Shown: positions 1 to 9,354 of the stretch, piece after piece
How the letters are laid out: every line of letters begins with the position of its first letter
Position numbering within the stretch: the first letter of the stretch is position 1
Program-made: the position numbers and the translations under genes
The notes under the pieces: model-generated
What the model saw: only the letters and a program-made list of their open reading frames with translations
Told to the model about the DNA's origin: nothing
The model's database searches: none
Origin: Planctomycetota bacterium
GTDB lineage: Bacteria > Planctomycetota > GCA-002687715 > DRQF01
Direction of reading: 5' to 3'
Length of the DNA stretch: 31,279 bases
Assembly: GCA_027001995.1 (NCBI GenBank)
Contig: JALTLO010000079.1
Location: 1-31,279 of the forward strand

Positions 1-3000
1 GAGCCCATCAAAGCCCGCCCCGCCGGCCCACTGCTTCGCCTTCGGCGTTGGTCTTCAAGAAACCCAAAGGTGGCTGCCCTCACCACCATTCTCTTCTTAG
101 TCATCTCTACCAGTTCAGCCATCTTTTTCCACCTCTTTAACCAGAGAAATGACGCCCTAGGGACTTCAATCGCCTACAGCCACGACCTCAAGACTTCCTT
201 GGTGGCAAACAAGAAACTTGTTGTGACGGAAAAAGCTAAGAGCCTTGCCTACCTTGGTCTCAGCTTGGCAGAGAAATCTCCGCAGAGCGCCCTTGCTTTG
301 GGGTTGGCTTCCTATGAAATAGAGCCGAGCACAGCGGCGCTTGAGACTCTGAAAGCGGGGTTGGCTCGAGATACCAAGCATTTCACTGTCCCTGCAGATC
401 AAACGTTCCTCGGCTTCGTTCCGGGCGATGAATTCTGCATCATTCGAACCGACAAAAAATCACCTGTGCAATTGGAAATCTGGGACTTCGACAACAGAGA
501 ACGAATCGACGTCCTCCAGACTCAACTCGAAGAATGCAATGAAGAGATCGCTTTTTCACCCAACGGACACTTCATGGTTGTCACAAATGACTATGACAGT
601 TGCGAGGTATGGGACCTTGAAACTTGCCAGCTCCTGCCTATCTCTTGGAATACCGATATGCAACAAGATTGGGATTCAATTGAATTCGGCGTTTCGCGAG
701 GAAACATAGAGGTACCGTGGGTCTTGCACGATGGCAATTTGACATTCTTGGACTGGGAACCCAAACCAAAATGGAAAACTCTGAAGAATGAAAAATGGAT
801 CGAAGATGAAGTTTTGGCCGTCACGCTCCCACGAGGCAAGCACATCTGCGTCATCACCTCAGGCAAAGAACCGCTCCATTTTTTCGACCGAAGAAAGTGC
901 CAGAAGGATGCGACCTCATCCATTCGCGATTGGACTTGGCCAAGACGTCCAGAAGGTGACTTAGTTGCAAAGAGAGTCCACCATTTCAATAGCACAACTC
1001 TACTTCTTGAGATGGCGAACGAAACGAGCATGGACAAAAAAAAGAACGCTTGCCATGTTGTCATTGACTTAGAGAAGCGAAAAGTCATCTGGGCTGACGA
1101 AGAGCTATGCGACTTGACAGTTGCCCAGGGCGAAGATGTCAATACCGCTCATCTGGTTCAAAATGGGAGTTTCCTGATTCGAATCAAACCATCTGAGAAT
1201 CCACCTGTTGCAAATGGATACAAACAAACCACTCTTGAAAAATGGGACCTCGTCACGGGTGAACTCCTTGAACGTTTCGATCTAGAAAAACTTAGTGACG
1301 ATGGTGGATGGGTAGATAGTTCCCGTTTTGGACTTTCCAGTCTGGGCCTGCTCGTGCAAATCCGCACTCTCGCAAATTGGTCTTTGGCCGTTGATTTCTT
1401 CGACAAGGATTTGAGGAAAATGGGTAGCATCATGGAGATTGACGGTGAGGCGAGGCTCCATAACCTCTCCAAGAACTTCATTCAGACACTCGGAGACAAC
1501 TGCCGCGTTAATATATTCCGTACCAAAGGTTCACCAGGACAGATTCCTCGAGGCGTTGTGCACGATTCTCTTTGGCGGGAGGATGCAGAAATCACGCGAA
1601 ACGGTTACAGAATCTACATCAAAGATTCAAAATTGATCGTCGTCGACCTCAAATCCAACCGACTCGTTTTCTCACTTACGGATTGCGTGAATTTCTACTT
1701 GCTGCGGGATGAGAATGGCATTTGCATTGATCGGCGTCATGGCGAACCAGAAATTTGGGACACGGTCAATTGGACTAAACTTGGTTCAATGCCCAGTTAT
1801 CGGCGCCCAAGCATGGACTCGTATAGCACGAACTGGAAGCTGACAGCGAATCGGCTGTTTCTCTTGGCGTCTACCTCAATTGAGAATGAAGCAGAGGCGT
1901 TCTTGCAAGGTCACGTCCCCACATATAATAGAACAACGATTATTCGCTTAGTCGATGGCCGAGTCGTACAGGACATTTCTGGGACCATGGGATTCGTTGT
2001 CCACCCAAACGAACCTGTAGCCGTGATCCAAGAGAATCCCAATACAGTGTTGATTTGGAAAGATGAACAACTCACTCGCGTAAGACTTCCGGGTGAGGTA
2101 AGCGGCGATCTCTGCTGTCTTGGGGGCGAAGAACCATACATGGTCATTCTCAATGACGAAAAAGAGGCATTGCACTTCATCAGCTTAGATGGAAGGCAAA
2201 TATTTGCCCCTCAGTTAGGACTACGTACTTTCGGAACTGGTAAAGAACGCAAGCCGCCTATGGACCCTTTTCGTGCCTTCACAGCCGCAGCGCATCCATC
2301 AGATGCGGAAATCGCGGACATCTGTTCTTGGGTAGGAGCTCTCCCACTCTCAGAGTTCATCCGATCCTTAAAAGTGGTCTCCCAAGACATCTCAGAAATC
2401 TTGGATGGGCCAGACGCCATGGATGTCTCTTTCTTCTTCATGACGGAAGATTGTTCAATTCGAGCTTATGAAGTCACAAGCAAATTCGGAGAGAATTCAA
2501 TCAAGATCATTGGTAAGCCTGGACCAATTAACGTTCTCCGGCAGGATTCGTCGAGAACGGCGACGGCAATCAAATTGCGCGAGGGCTGGCATATTGTTTC
2601 CGAGGAAAAAGCGGCACTATCATTTTGGCCGATTGACGTTGTTGCTGAAGCAGCAAAGTCAATTCGCGTATTCCCGAATTTCGATTTGTTAGGAACCGAG
2701 TTGATCGGCATCAAGATAGATTGGCGGTCATTCAACCACCAATCCATCAAAGACTCGGACTTAGACCTAAACTCCGATAACATTCTCGCCGGAATTCTCA
2801 TGACCACGCCCCACTACTTCCGTCTCTATTTAGAATTCTTGGAAGAAGACAACAAGAATGAGCTAGTGGAAAAGCTCAAATCTCTGGCGGGCGAGATCCC
2901 GGCCTATCTCTTGAAGGAAGCGTTGCGCCAAGCCCGTGCGATTGACGAATTAGGGCGAAACACGAAACGAGCATATTTAGCATCAGAAAAGCTTGAAGTA

Positions 3001-3381
3001 GAAGAAAATGTTCAAAGAGTCGAAAAGCTCATAGGTCTTGCAGAAACGCTCATCGAACCAGATGAAGCAAACGAAACGATGGTGAAGTTAGAAATCGCGC
3101 GCCTCCGGTTGCTCTGTCACAAGAAGGACTTCACGGGTATGGCTACAATCGCCGAGCCATATGTCGGCAAGAAACGCTTCACAACACTCATATGGAATGG
3201 AGACGAACACCTGCACTTGATCATTGCAGGAATGCTCAAAATGGACCGCTTTCAGGATGCCAAGAAGATTGTTGATCGGTTTGAAGCCCATGAAGACAAC
3301 GCTGAGAACGTGAGCATCATGGAGGCCATCAAGGTGGCTCGGGAGACGATTGAGAAGTATGCTGGAGACCTTGTTAAGTAG
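1..3381 (+). CDS. C-terminal part of a planctomycete-type Ser/Thr protein kinase with TM helix, WD40-like beta-propeller region and helical (TPR-like) tail; 5'-truncated by window
   Basis: Frame is open from base 1: EPIKARPAGPLLRLRRWSSRNPK followed by hydrophobic VAALTTILFLVI, the typical post-kinase '(G)EPIxARP..RWxRRxP' linker. WD-like ends follow (LEIWD, AFSPNGH..CEVWD, LEKWD, PEIWD). The kinase domain itself lies outside the window. Confidence 0.75.
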   Translation, partial: EPIKARPAGPLLRLRRWSSRNPKVAALTTILFLVISTSSAIFFHLFNQRNDALGTSIAYSHDLKTSLVANKKLVVTEKAKSLAYLGLSLAEKSPQSALALGLASYEIEPSTAALETLKAGLARDTKHFTVPADQTFLGFVPGDEFCIIRTDKKSPVQLEIWDFDNRERIDVLQTQLEECNEEIAFSPNGHFMVVTNDYDSCEVWDLETCQLLPISWNTDMQQDWDSIEFGVSRGNIEVPWVLHDGNLTFLDWEPKPKWKTLKNEKWIEDEVLAVTLPRGKHICVITSGKEPLHFFDRRKCQKDATSSIRDWTWPRRPEGDLVAKRVHHFNSTTLLLEMANETSMDKKKNACHVVIDLEKRKVIWADEELCDLTVAQGEDVNTAHLVQNGSFLIRIKPSENPPVANGYKQTTLEKWDLVTGELLERFDLEKLSDDGGWVDSSRFGLSSLGLLVQIRTLANWSLAVDFFDKDLRKMGSIMEIDGEARLHNLSKNFIQTLGDNCRVNIFRTKGSPGQIPRGVVHDSLWREDAEITRNGYRIYIKDSKLIVVDLKSNRLVFSLTDCVNFYLLRDENGICIDRRHGEPEIWDTVNWTKLGSMPSYRRPSMDSYSTNWKLTANRLFLLASTSIENEAEAFLQGHVPTYNRTTIIRLVDGRVVQDISGTMGFVVHPNEPVAVIQENPNTVLIWKDEQLTRVRLPGEVSGDLCCLGGEEPYMVILNDEKEALHFISLDGRQIFAPQLGLRTFGTGKERKPPMDPFRAFTAAAHPSDAEIADICSWVGALPLSEFIRSLKVVSQDISEILDGPDAMDVSFFFMTEDCSIRAYEVTSKFGENSIKIIGKPGPINVLRQDSSRTATAIKLREGWHIVSEEKAALSFWPIDVVAEAAKSIRVFPNFDLLGTELIGIKIDWRSFNHQSIKDSDLDLNSDNILAGILMTTPHYFRLYLEFLEEDNKNELVEKLKSLAGEIPAYLLKEALRQARAIDELGRNTKRAYLASEKLEVEENVQRVEKLIGLAETLIEPDEANETMVKLEIARLRLLCHKKDFTGMATIAEPYVGKKRFTTLIWNGDEHLHLIIAGMLKMDRFQDAKKIVDRFEAHEDNAENVSIMEAIKVARETIEKYAGDLVK

Positions 3382-3661
3382 GTTTAGTGGAGAGGTCCGG
3401 CGGATTGCGGTCTTGAGTGATTTGTTGCGCCGGCGCGGTTTTGACTTGGCGAGCAGACGGTGATGTTCGCTGAGAGCATTGAGGGCGAAGAATGGGCTTT
3501 GGCGAAAGACCGCTGCGATGAGCCTCCACTTCAGTTGAGAGAATTTTCTCTGTTTTCTGTTCGGTTTTCTTGGTTTTGGCGTTCATAGAAACAGATGGTC
3601 TGCGGCGTCCGGGTTTGGGATGATGGCAAAGGCATTTTCAGTAGGTAAAAGAGGGGGCATC

Positions 3662-5038
3662 ATGAAAGATTTGCAGGGGTGGAAGGGGTTGTTGTTCTTG
3701 ATTGTTGGAATCTGGGCGCTGAGTGGTCACGGACTGGCTCAAACGACGCAACATCGGGATCGGGGGATGGTCAGTCTCAAGAAGAAGAGAAAACCCATCA
3801 CCTGTACTGTGTTGATGTTCAGCGACCAGGGCCTTTCTTACTCCGTCAAAGGCAAGAAGGCCAAAACAGTCCCCCTGACCAAAATTCGTGACTTCGCCAC
3901 GGTCAACGACTTCCTCACAGAATTCTTTGAACGATTTGACAAGGCGAAGCGGAAGGACGTCAAGGAGCAATGGGCCTTGGTGGCGTGGGCCAACGACAAC
4001 AACTTGGAAGACATGGCCAAGTTGCAAGCATATCGCTGCCTTCACATTGACCCTCAGTTTGTTCGAGCGCATAAGTTCTTAGGACATCGCAGAAAGAACG
4101 GTGTTTACAAATGGAAACGGGAAGGTGGACTGGTTTCGGAGAAGGAATTCAAACACCCGAAACGGGGCCGGGACGGTATGCCGTGGTTCGAGTCGCCCCA
4201 TTTCCGAGTGCGTTCATCACGGGATATTCTCGGGACCATTGGAAACCTCTATGATTTAGAGCGTGTCTGGCTCGATTGGCACAAACGCTACCACGATATC
4301 CTGGGAGTCAGCGAGCACCTTGAGAGATTAGGCTTTGAGTTCGACTTCATTCCGGCTCGCTCCACCACCGACCGTCCTTACTTCGACCCCAGCCATGAGA
4401 ACTGGTTTGCCTACACCAAGTTTGATGACGGCTCCGCATCCCGGCCGAAGCAACTCTTCTCGCTCCTGACTCAACAGTTGATGAATTCTCTCTATGCGCC
4501 TTTAGGGGGATACAAGAGGCATCCAAAAAGAAGTCGCCTGGGTGGGCCCAATGACAGAAACGCCATGTGGTTGGAATTGGGGTTCGGCTGGTGGTTCGGC
4601 GGCCACTATACTGGAGAAGTGGGCTACGCAAAACGCGGCAAGGCACCCCAAATCACAGCCGGGGAAGCCAAGAGCATTCTCAAGGAGATGAGAACAGACC
4701 GCAGATGGAAAACACGCACCTTTGGTGGCACAAAGTTCTTACCCAATCTTCTTGGTTGGAGTTTCGACACCTTCTACTCAGAGACAAAACGCGTCGAATT
4801 TCAATGGCTTGTGAGCCGAGCCTTTGTTGCATTTTTGATGACAGATGGCAAAGTCCCGGGAGGATCGAACACGAACAGGAATACAGATCTCAGCGATGGG
4901 ACTCTGGGATATATAGCCGAGGCCTATCGCAGCGCGAAAGGCAACTCCAGTTCGTTGTTTGATAAGAAATTGGGCTACAAGATTGAGAAGTTAGAAAGGC
5001 CATTCGTCATTTGGCTCGAGGTCCTTGCCAACCCCTAA
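3662..5038 (+). CDS. Secreted planctomycete protein with degenerate DUF1570/peptidase-MA-like C-terminal domain
   Basis: Long ORF. ATG 3662 follows a G-rich SD-like run. Signal peptide ending GLA-Q. ESPHFRVRS, WLELGFG and VSRAFVAFLM match the DUF1570-like layout, but there is no HExxH. Confidence 0.6.
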   Translation: MKDLQGWKGLLFLIVGIWALSGHGLAQTTQHRDRGMVSLKKKRKPITCTVLMFSDQGLSYSVKGKKAKTVPLTKIRDFATVNDFLTEFFERFDKAKRKDVKEQWALVAWANDNNLEDMAKLQAYRCLHIDPQFVRAHKFLGHRRKNGVYKWKREGGLVSEKEFKHPKRGRDGMPWFESPHFRVRSSRDILGTIGNLYDLERVWLDWHKRYHDILGVSEHLERLGFEFDFIPARSTTDRPYFDPSHENWFAYTKFDDGSASRPKQLFSLLTQQLMNSLYAPLGGYKRHPKRSRLGGPNDRNAMWLELGFGWWFGGHYTGEVGYAKRGKAPQITAGEAKSILKEMRTDRRWKTRTFGGTKFLPNLLGWSFDTFYSETKRVEFQWLVSRAFVAFLMTDGKVPGGSNTNRNTDLSDGTLGYIAEAYRSAKGNSSSLFDKKLGYKIEKLERPFVIWLEVLANP

Positions 5039-5098
5039 TTGGAGAAATCCCGAGCCCCATGGATGGGCCGATAGCGGGTGGACCCCGACTATGATCAG

Positions 5099-5138
5099 AA
5101 CCTACAGCATGATTAGATGCTGTAGGTTTCTTCTTTTG
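5099..5138 (+). terminator. Rho-independent terminator
   Basis: Perfect 12-bp stem AACCTACAGCAT (5099-5110) / ATGCTGTAGGTT (5117-5128), 6-nt loop, followed by TCTTCTTTT. Lies between convergent genes. Confidence 0.75.
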
Positions 5139-5282
5139 ACCAACCTCTTCTAGGGTCAATGCCAAACAATTCAAAACCGAAGAGGTGGATCATCCGCCCT
5201 GGAAGAGCCACCATCCGATACGCTATCCAACCATCACAATACCGAAGAGACGGATTCAAGACTTTGAATGCGCAAGCATCCG

Positions 5283-6176
5283 TTACATTTCTCGGCGGAG
5301 GAGATCGGCGAGGAGGTTGTATTCGGGTTGTCGGTGGGAAGAGGCGCGAAAGGCTAGGCCAATAGTGCGGAAGGGGCTTATGTCACCGTAAGGCAGTGGA
5401 GTCAAACCTCGGCCTGGGCGACATTCGCTTTCGATAGCCATTTCGGGCAACAAGGAAACGCCTAACCCCCCGGCCACCATTTCTAAGAGCGTCGGCAAAC
5501 TGCTGGCCCGAAAATCATCGCTTCCTTTAGCGTTGACGCGGTTGCATATCTCGAGAGTCTGGTCTCGTAGGCAATGGCCATCATCCAAGAGCAATATGTT
5601 CTCTTGGGCAATGTCTTCGAAAGCGATTCTTTGGCGCTTGGCCAAAGAATGTTTGCTGTCGACAACAAGCCAAAACGGGTCCGACAAGATGTCGATCGTT
5701 TCAGCACTGCCCAGGTCGGCTTCGAGGGCTAAGAGAAGAACATCCAAGTCGCCTTCTTCCAAGCTCTCAACCAAACGTTCTGTGTGATCTTCACAAATCG
5801 ACAAGCGCACCTGGGGAAACTCACGGTGCAAAGAACGGATGGTCTTGGGAAGAAGGTAGGGGGCGACGGTGGGAATAACCCCCAAACGGAGAGTCCCAGA
5901 AAATGGCTCGCCAAATCGATGACTGTCCTCAGCCAAGATCCGCGTGTCTCTTAGAATCTTCTCCACTTTGGGAAAAAGAGACTTGGCTGCCGCCGTAGGC
6001 AAAACCCGGCGTTTGTCTCGCTCGAAAAGAAGAATACCCAAGAGCTGCTCAAACTGCTTGATCTGAGCACTGAGAGCTGGTTGGGAAATATAGCATTTCT
6101 CAGCTGCTTGGCGAAAATTCAAGGTTTCAAAGACGGCGGCAAAACACTCGAGTTGACGATTTGTTGGCATTTCCAT
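5283..6176 (-). CDS. oxyR: Hydrogen peroxide-sensing LysR regulator OxyR
   Basis: LysR HTH (NFRQAAEKCYISQPALSAQIK), GVIPTVAPYLLP, and the OxyR redox motif LLLDDGHCLRDQTLEIC with both cysteines (C199/C208 equivalents). Confidence 0.93.
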   Translation of the reverse strand: MEMPTNRQLECFAAVFETLNFRQAAEKCYISQPALSAQIKQFEQLLGILLFERDKRRVLPTAAAKSLFPKVEKILRDTRILAEDSHRFGEPFSGTLRLGVIPTVAPYLLPKTIRSLHREFPQVRLSICEDHTERLVESLEEGDLDVLLLALEADLGSAETIDILSDPFWLVVDSKHSLAKRQRIAFEDIAQENILLLDDGHCLRDQTLEICNRVNAKGSDDFRASSLPTLLEMVAGGLGVSLLPEMAIESECRPGRGLTPLPYGDISPFRTIGLAFRASSHRQPEYNLLADLLRREM

Positions 6177-6177
6177 G

Positions 6178-6214
6178 ATAGCCCCACCCTATCAGTTCGA
6201 TCGGAACTTCCAAT
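6178..6214. promoter_or_regulatory. OxyR operator in the divergent oxyR/peroxidase intergenic region
   Basis: ATAG(6178)-N7-CTAT(6189)-N7-ATCG(6200)-N7-CAAT(6211): 14 of 16 positions match the ATAG-N7-CTAT-N7-ATAG-N7-CTAT consensus, with exact spacing. Confidence 0.85.
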
Positions 6215-6343
6215 TGGAATAGCGAAAGCTATTCGTGGATGATTCTTGAACCCGCCTATCCGTGGAATCTTGGGCAAAGACAACCATGAAGAACGCGGGG
6301 GATATTCTCAAGTTTCTTTGCTCTCAATAAGGAGACCAAACCT

Positions 6344-7741
6344 ATGACGTTCAGCAGATTCATGGCCGCGATGGCCCTTGTCGCCACCGCCTGCTTCCCT
6401 ACCTTAGCAAACGGCCAGACACCACCCCTTCGTAGTAAGACGAGCTACGCCCCTGTTTCAGGCACCGAGTCCTTTGATTCCGTAAAGGAACGCATGTCAG
6501 AAGCCAAAGACAAAATTCTCAAGACCCACAACGCCCTCCTAAAGAAACGCTACGACCTCAGCAACCGCCCCAATAGGGCGGCAAAGATGTCCCGAGGCAA
6601 AGGGGTTCAAGCTGGCGTTCGAGTCAAGTTGAACCAGGGGCTGACCTGGGATTCTCTGGCTCAAATGACACCCAAGGAGATCAAAGATAAGAACCTCTGG
6701 CCTGCAGGATTCTATCCCCTGCCCCATCCGAATCATGCCGAAGGTGGCATGCTTTTTCCGGAGTTCCACATCAAGGAGATCAAGAAGCAAACCAAACGTG
6801 ACCTCAGTCGTTTCGATTTGGACTACGCCATGCCGGATCACTTCTTACCAGAATACCCACCCGCGATTTTTTTGACAACAAGACCGGACTTAGGTGATGT
6901 CTCCCAAGGAAAAGTGGTCACAAGCAACAACTACTTCGATCTCTTCAATGGCCTTTTGAACCCGAAACAAATTGAAGGTCTTCGTCTGTTGGTCACCCCC
7001 ACGGCTCAGCAGCAATTCAATGCAACCCATGACCGGCGAAGCCCTGAGCCAAGCCTGGGAGTCTCTTGCTTTGACTGCCATGTGAATGGGCACACCAACG
7101 CGGCAACACATCTAGTCGGAGACATACGTCCCCAAGAATTTCGCCATCGCATTGACACACCAACCTTGCGAGGGGTGAACGTTCAAAGGTTGTTCGGTTC
7201 TCAGCGGGCACTTAAAACGGTAGAAGACTTCACCGAATTCGAACAAAGAGCAGCCTACTTTGACGGGGACCATGTCATCGCCGCCAAAAAAGGCGTCAAT
7301 ATTCTCGAGCGTGGAAGTCAAGTCCACTTCATGGCAGAATTTGAGTCGATTCTCGGCTTCCCACCGGCGCCCAAACTTCGTTGGGATGGCAAGCTCGACC
7401 CAAAACTGGCGTCCAAAAGTGAACTTCGCGGCCAAGCCCTTTTCTTTGGCAAAGCTCAATGCGCCAGTTGCCATAGTGGGCCCTATTTCACGGATAACAC
7501 TATGCATGACTTGAAGGTCGAACGATTCTTTAAGCCAAGAATGATCAACGGGCGCTTCGCCACCGCTGATGGCATGATCAAGACTTTCCCTCTCAGAGGT
7601 ATCAAGGACTCTCCACCCTACTTGCACGATGGCCGATTGCTCACCTTGGATGACACGGTTGAGTTCTTTAATTTGGTCTTGGAACTCAAGCTCAATAAAG
7701 AAGAGAAGTCTGATATCGTAGCTTTCTTACTGACTTTGTAA
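6344..7741 (+). CDS. Exported di-haem cytochrome c peroxidase/MauG-superfamily protein (family often auto-annotated 'cytochrome B6')
   Basis: SD AGGAG upstream, Sec signal peptide, two CxxCH motifs (CFDCH, CASCH), TPTLRG, RGQALFFGKAQC, and FPLRGIKDSPPYLHDG..TLDDTVEFF. Confidence 0.85.
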   Translation: MTFSRFMAAMALVATACFPTLANGQTPPLRSKTSYAPVSGTESFDSVKERMSEAKDKILKTHNALLKKRYDLSNRPNRAAKMSRGKGVQAGVRVKLNQGLTWDSLAQMTPKEIKDKNLWPAGFYPLPHPNHAEGGMLFPEFHIKEIKKQTKRDLSRFDLDYAMPDHFLPEYPPAIFLTTRPDLGDVSQGKVVTSNNYFDLFNGLLNPKQIEGLRLLVTPTAQQQFNATHDRRSPEPSLGVSCFDCHVNGHTNAATHLVGDIRPQEFRHRIDTPTLRGVNVQRLFGSQRALKTVEDFTEFEQRAAYFDGDHVIAAKKGVNILERGSQVHFMAEFESILGFPPAPKLRWDGKLDPKLASKSELRGQALFFGKAQCASCHSGPYFTDNTMHDLKVERFFKPRMINGRFATADGMIKTFPLRGIKDSPPYLHDGRLLTLDDTVEFFNLVLELKLNKEEKSDIVAFLLTL

Positions 7742-7782
7742 GAAAAAGAATGCGATCTCATTGTTGCGTTCCTAAGAATCAC

Positions 7783-7824
7783 GAATCCCGCTGTGAACAA
7801 CCTCACAGTGGGATTCTCTTTGTT
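7783..7824 (+). terminator. Rho-independent terminator after the di-haem protein gene
   Basis: 14-bp stem GAATCCCGCTGTGA (7783-7796) / TCACAGTGGGATTC (7803-7816) with one G-U pair, followed by TCTTTGTT. Confidence 0.75.
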
Positions 7825-8014
7825 GCCAAAGATCAGAGGGAGCAGTGCTAAGGCGAACTCGCATGGGGAGGGCGACATGGTCAATTTTGTTCTGCTTCCG
7901 TGATTGGTTATTCAAAGAGACGGTCGAATGCCATCGCCGTCAAGAGAAGAAGGAATCTTCTCTGATCAAAGTCACAACCCCGTCGGTGAATCGAAGACTC
8001 AGAGGAAAGAACCC

Positions 8015-9340
8015 ATGAGCAAACTTGGCGACAACTCGGGGGCGAAAGGTCCCATGGGGCGAGTTATCGGCAATTTTGGGTTCTTAGTACGAGGACGCGG
8101 CTTGGCTGTGCCCATGACCCTCGGTGCCACAGCCCTGGCAGCCAGATCACTGGGACCCGCTGAGTTTGGGCGGGTGGTTCTTATCTTAACCTACGTGCTC
8201 CTCATACGGGGCTTGCTCAAGATCCGCTTGTTTGAAGCCATCGTCAAGTTTGGCGTTCCTTCCCATGATGATGGTGACCATCGGACATTGAGGCGACTTG
8301 TCTACGCATGTAAGAGAGTCGACTTTTGGACCAGCATCAGTGCTACCGCTGCTGCCCTCGTCTTGGCACCCATAATCGGCCCATTGATTAACCTGGATCA
8401 AGAACACGTTGCCATACTCTTGGGATATAGCTTGGTATTGCTCACATCTGGAGTTGGCACCCCTAACGGCCTACTCCGTCTCTTCGACCAATTCGACATC
8501 GTGGGCAGAGGCATGATGATCAGCCCAGCCATTCGTTTAGTTGGCTTAGGGCTCGCCGCTTGGTTGGAAAGCCCGGTCATAGTCTTCGTTTGCGTCTTTG
8601 CACTGGCATCCATCGCAGAAGATCTGTACTTGAAATGGGCGGGTAAACGGGCCTATCGCGATCAAGTCGGTGAATCCATTATAGATCAGGACGTGACGAC
8701 CGCGAAGCTATCTGAATTTCCTGGACTGGGCCGATTCTTATGGATCACCTATTGGCAGTCCAATGTTGATCTCGTGTCCAAGCAACTTTCCATCATGTTG
8801 GCGGGATCATTGTTGGGGCCAGCAGAAGCAGGACTCTTGCGCCTAGCCCGGCAGTTTTCCACTTTGTTGTCAAAGCCAGCGACATTATTGCGGCAAGTCG
8901 TCCTTCTCGACTTAACCAGAAGCTGGCACCAAAAGAGCAGCGATTTCAAATCCGTTGCTTATCTGACAGCCTTACTGGGTGCTGGCCTCGGTCTTTGCTT
9001 TGTGGTTGCAGGCTATTTCTTTGGTGAAGGTTTCCTGCGGATGCTTGTTGGTCAGAAGTTCACCGCCGCTGCGCCTGTGCTCACTTTAATGCTCTTAGCG
9101 GCCACATTTGACCTAACATCGTCATCACTTCGTTCTGCCGCTTATGCCATGGGGCAAGCCGGGAGGGTTCTGGGGATCTATGCCGCAGCTGCGGTGATTT
9201 ATCTCACATCCTTCCTCGCTTTCGCTTCATGGATGGGTCTCATAGGCGCCGGAGTAGCCGCTTGTCTCGGTTCGCTTTTGCCTCCCATTGCCATGTCCGC
9301 CCTGATACGAAAAGGACAGAAAAAAGGCGACAATGTATAG
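8015..9340 (+). CDS. yghQ: YghQ-like MOP/Wzx-family flippase (polysaccharide biosynthesis family)
   Basis: Many TM segments; AARSLGPAEFG, GTPNGLLRLFDQFD and GSLLGPAEAGLLRLA. Adjacent to yghR/S/T-like genes as in E. coli. Start chosen at ATG 8015 after AGAGGA. Confidence 0.75.
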   Translation: MSKLGDNSGAKGPMGRVIGNFGFLVRGRGLAVPMTLGATALAARSLGPAEFGRVVLILTYVLLIRGLLKIRLFEAIVKFGVPSHDDGDHRTLRRLVYACKRVDFWTSISATAAALVLAPIIGPLINLDQEHVAILLGYSLVLLTSGVGTPNGLLRLFDQFDIVGRGMMISPAIRLVGLGLAAWLESPVIVFVCVFALASIAEDLYLKWAGKRAYRDQVGESIIDQDVTTAKLSEFPGLGRFLWITYWQSNVDLVSKQLSIMLAGSLLGPAEAGLLRLARQFSTLLSKPATLLRQVVLLDLTRSWHQKSSDFKSVAYLTALLGAGLGLCFVVAGYFFGEGFLRMLVGQKFTAAAPVLTLMLLAATFDLTSSSLRSAAYAMGQAGRVLGIYAAAAVIYLTSFLAFASWMGLIGAGVAACLGSLLPPIAMSALIRKGQKKGDNV

Positions 9341-9354
9341 CTTGGAACCTCGGC

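Noticed and set aside
3374..3586. 70-aa minus-strand ORF
   Set aside because: Low complexity, no family signal and no clear SD; probably spurious.
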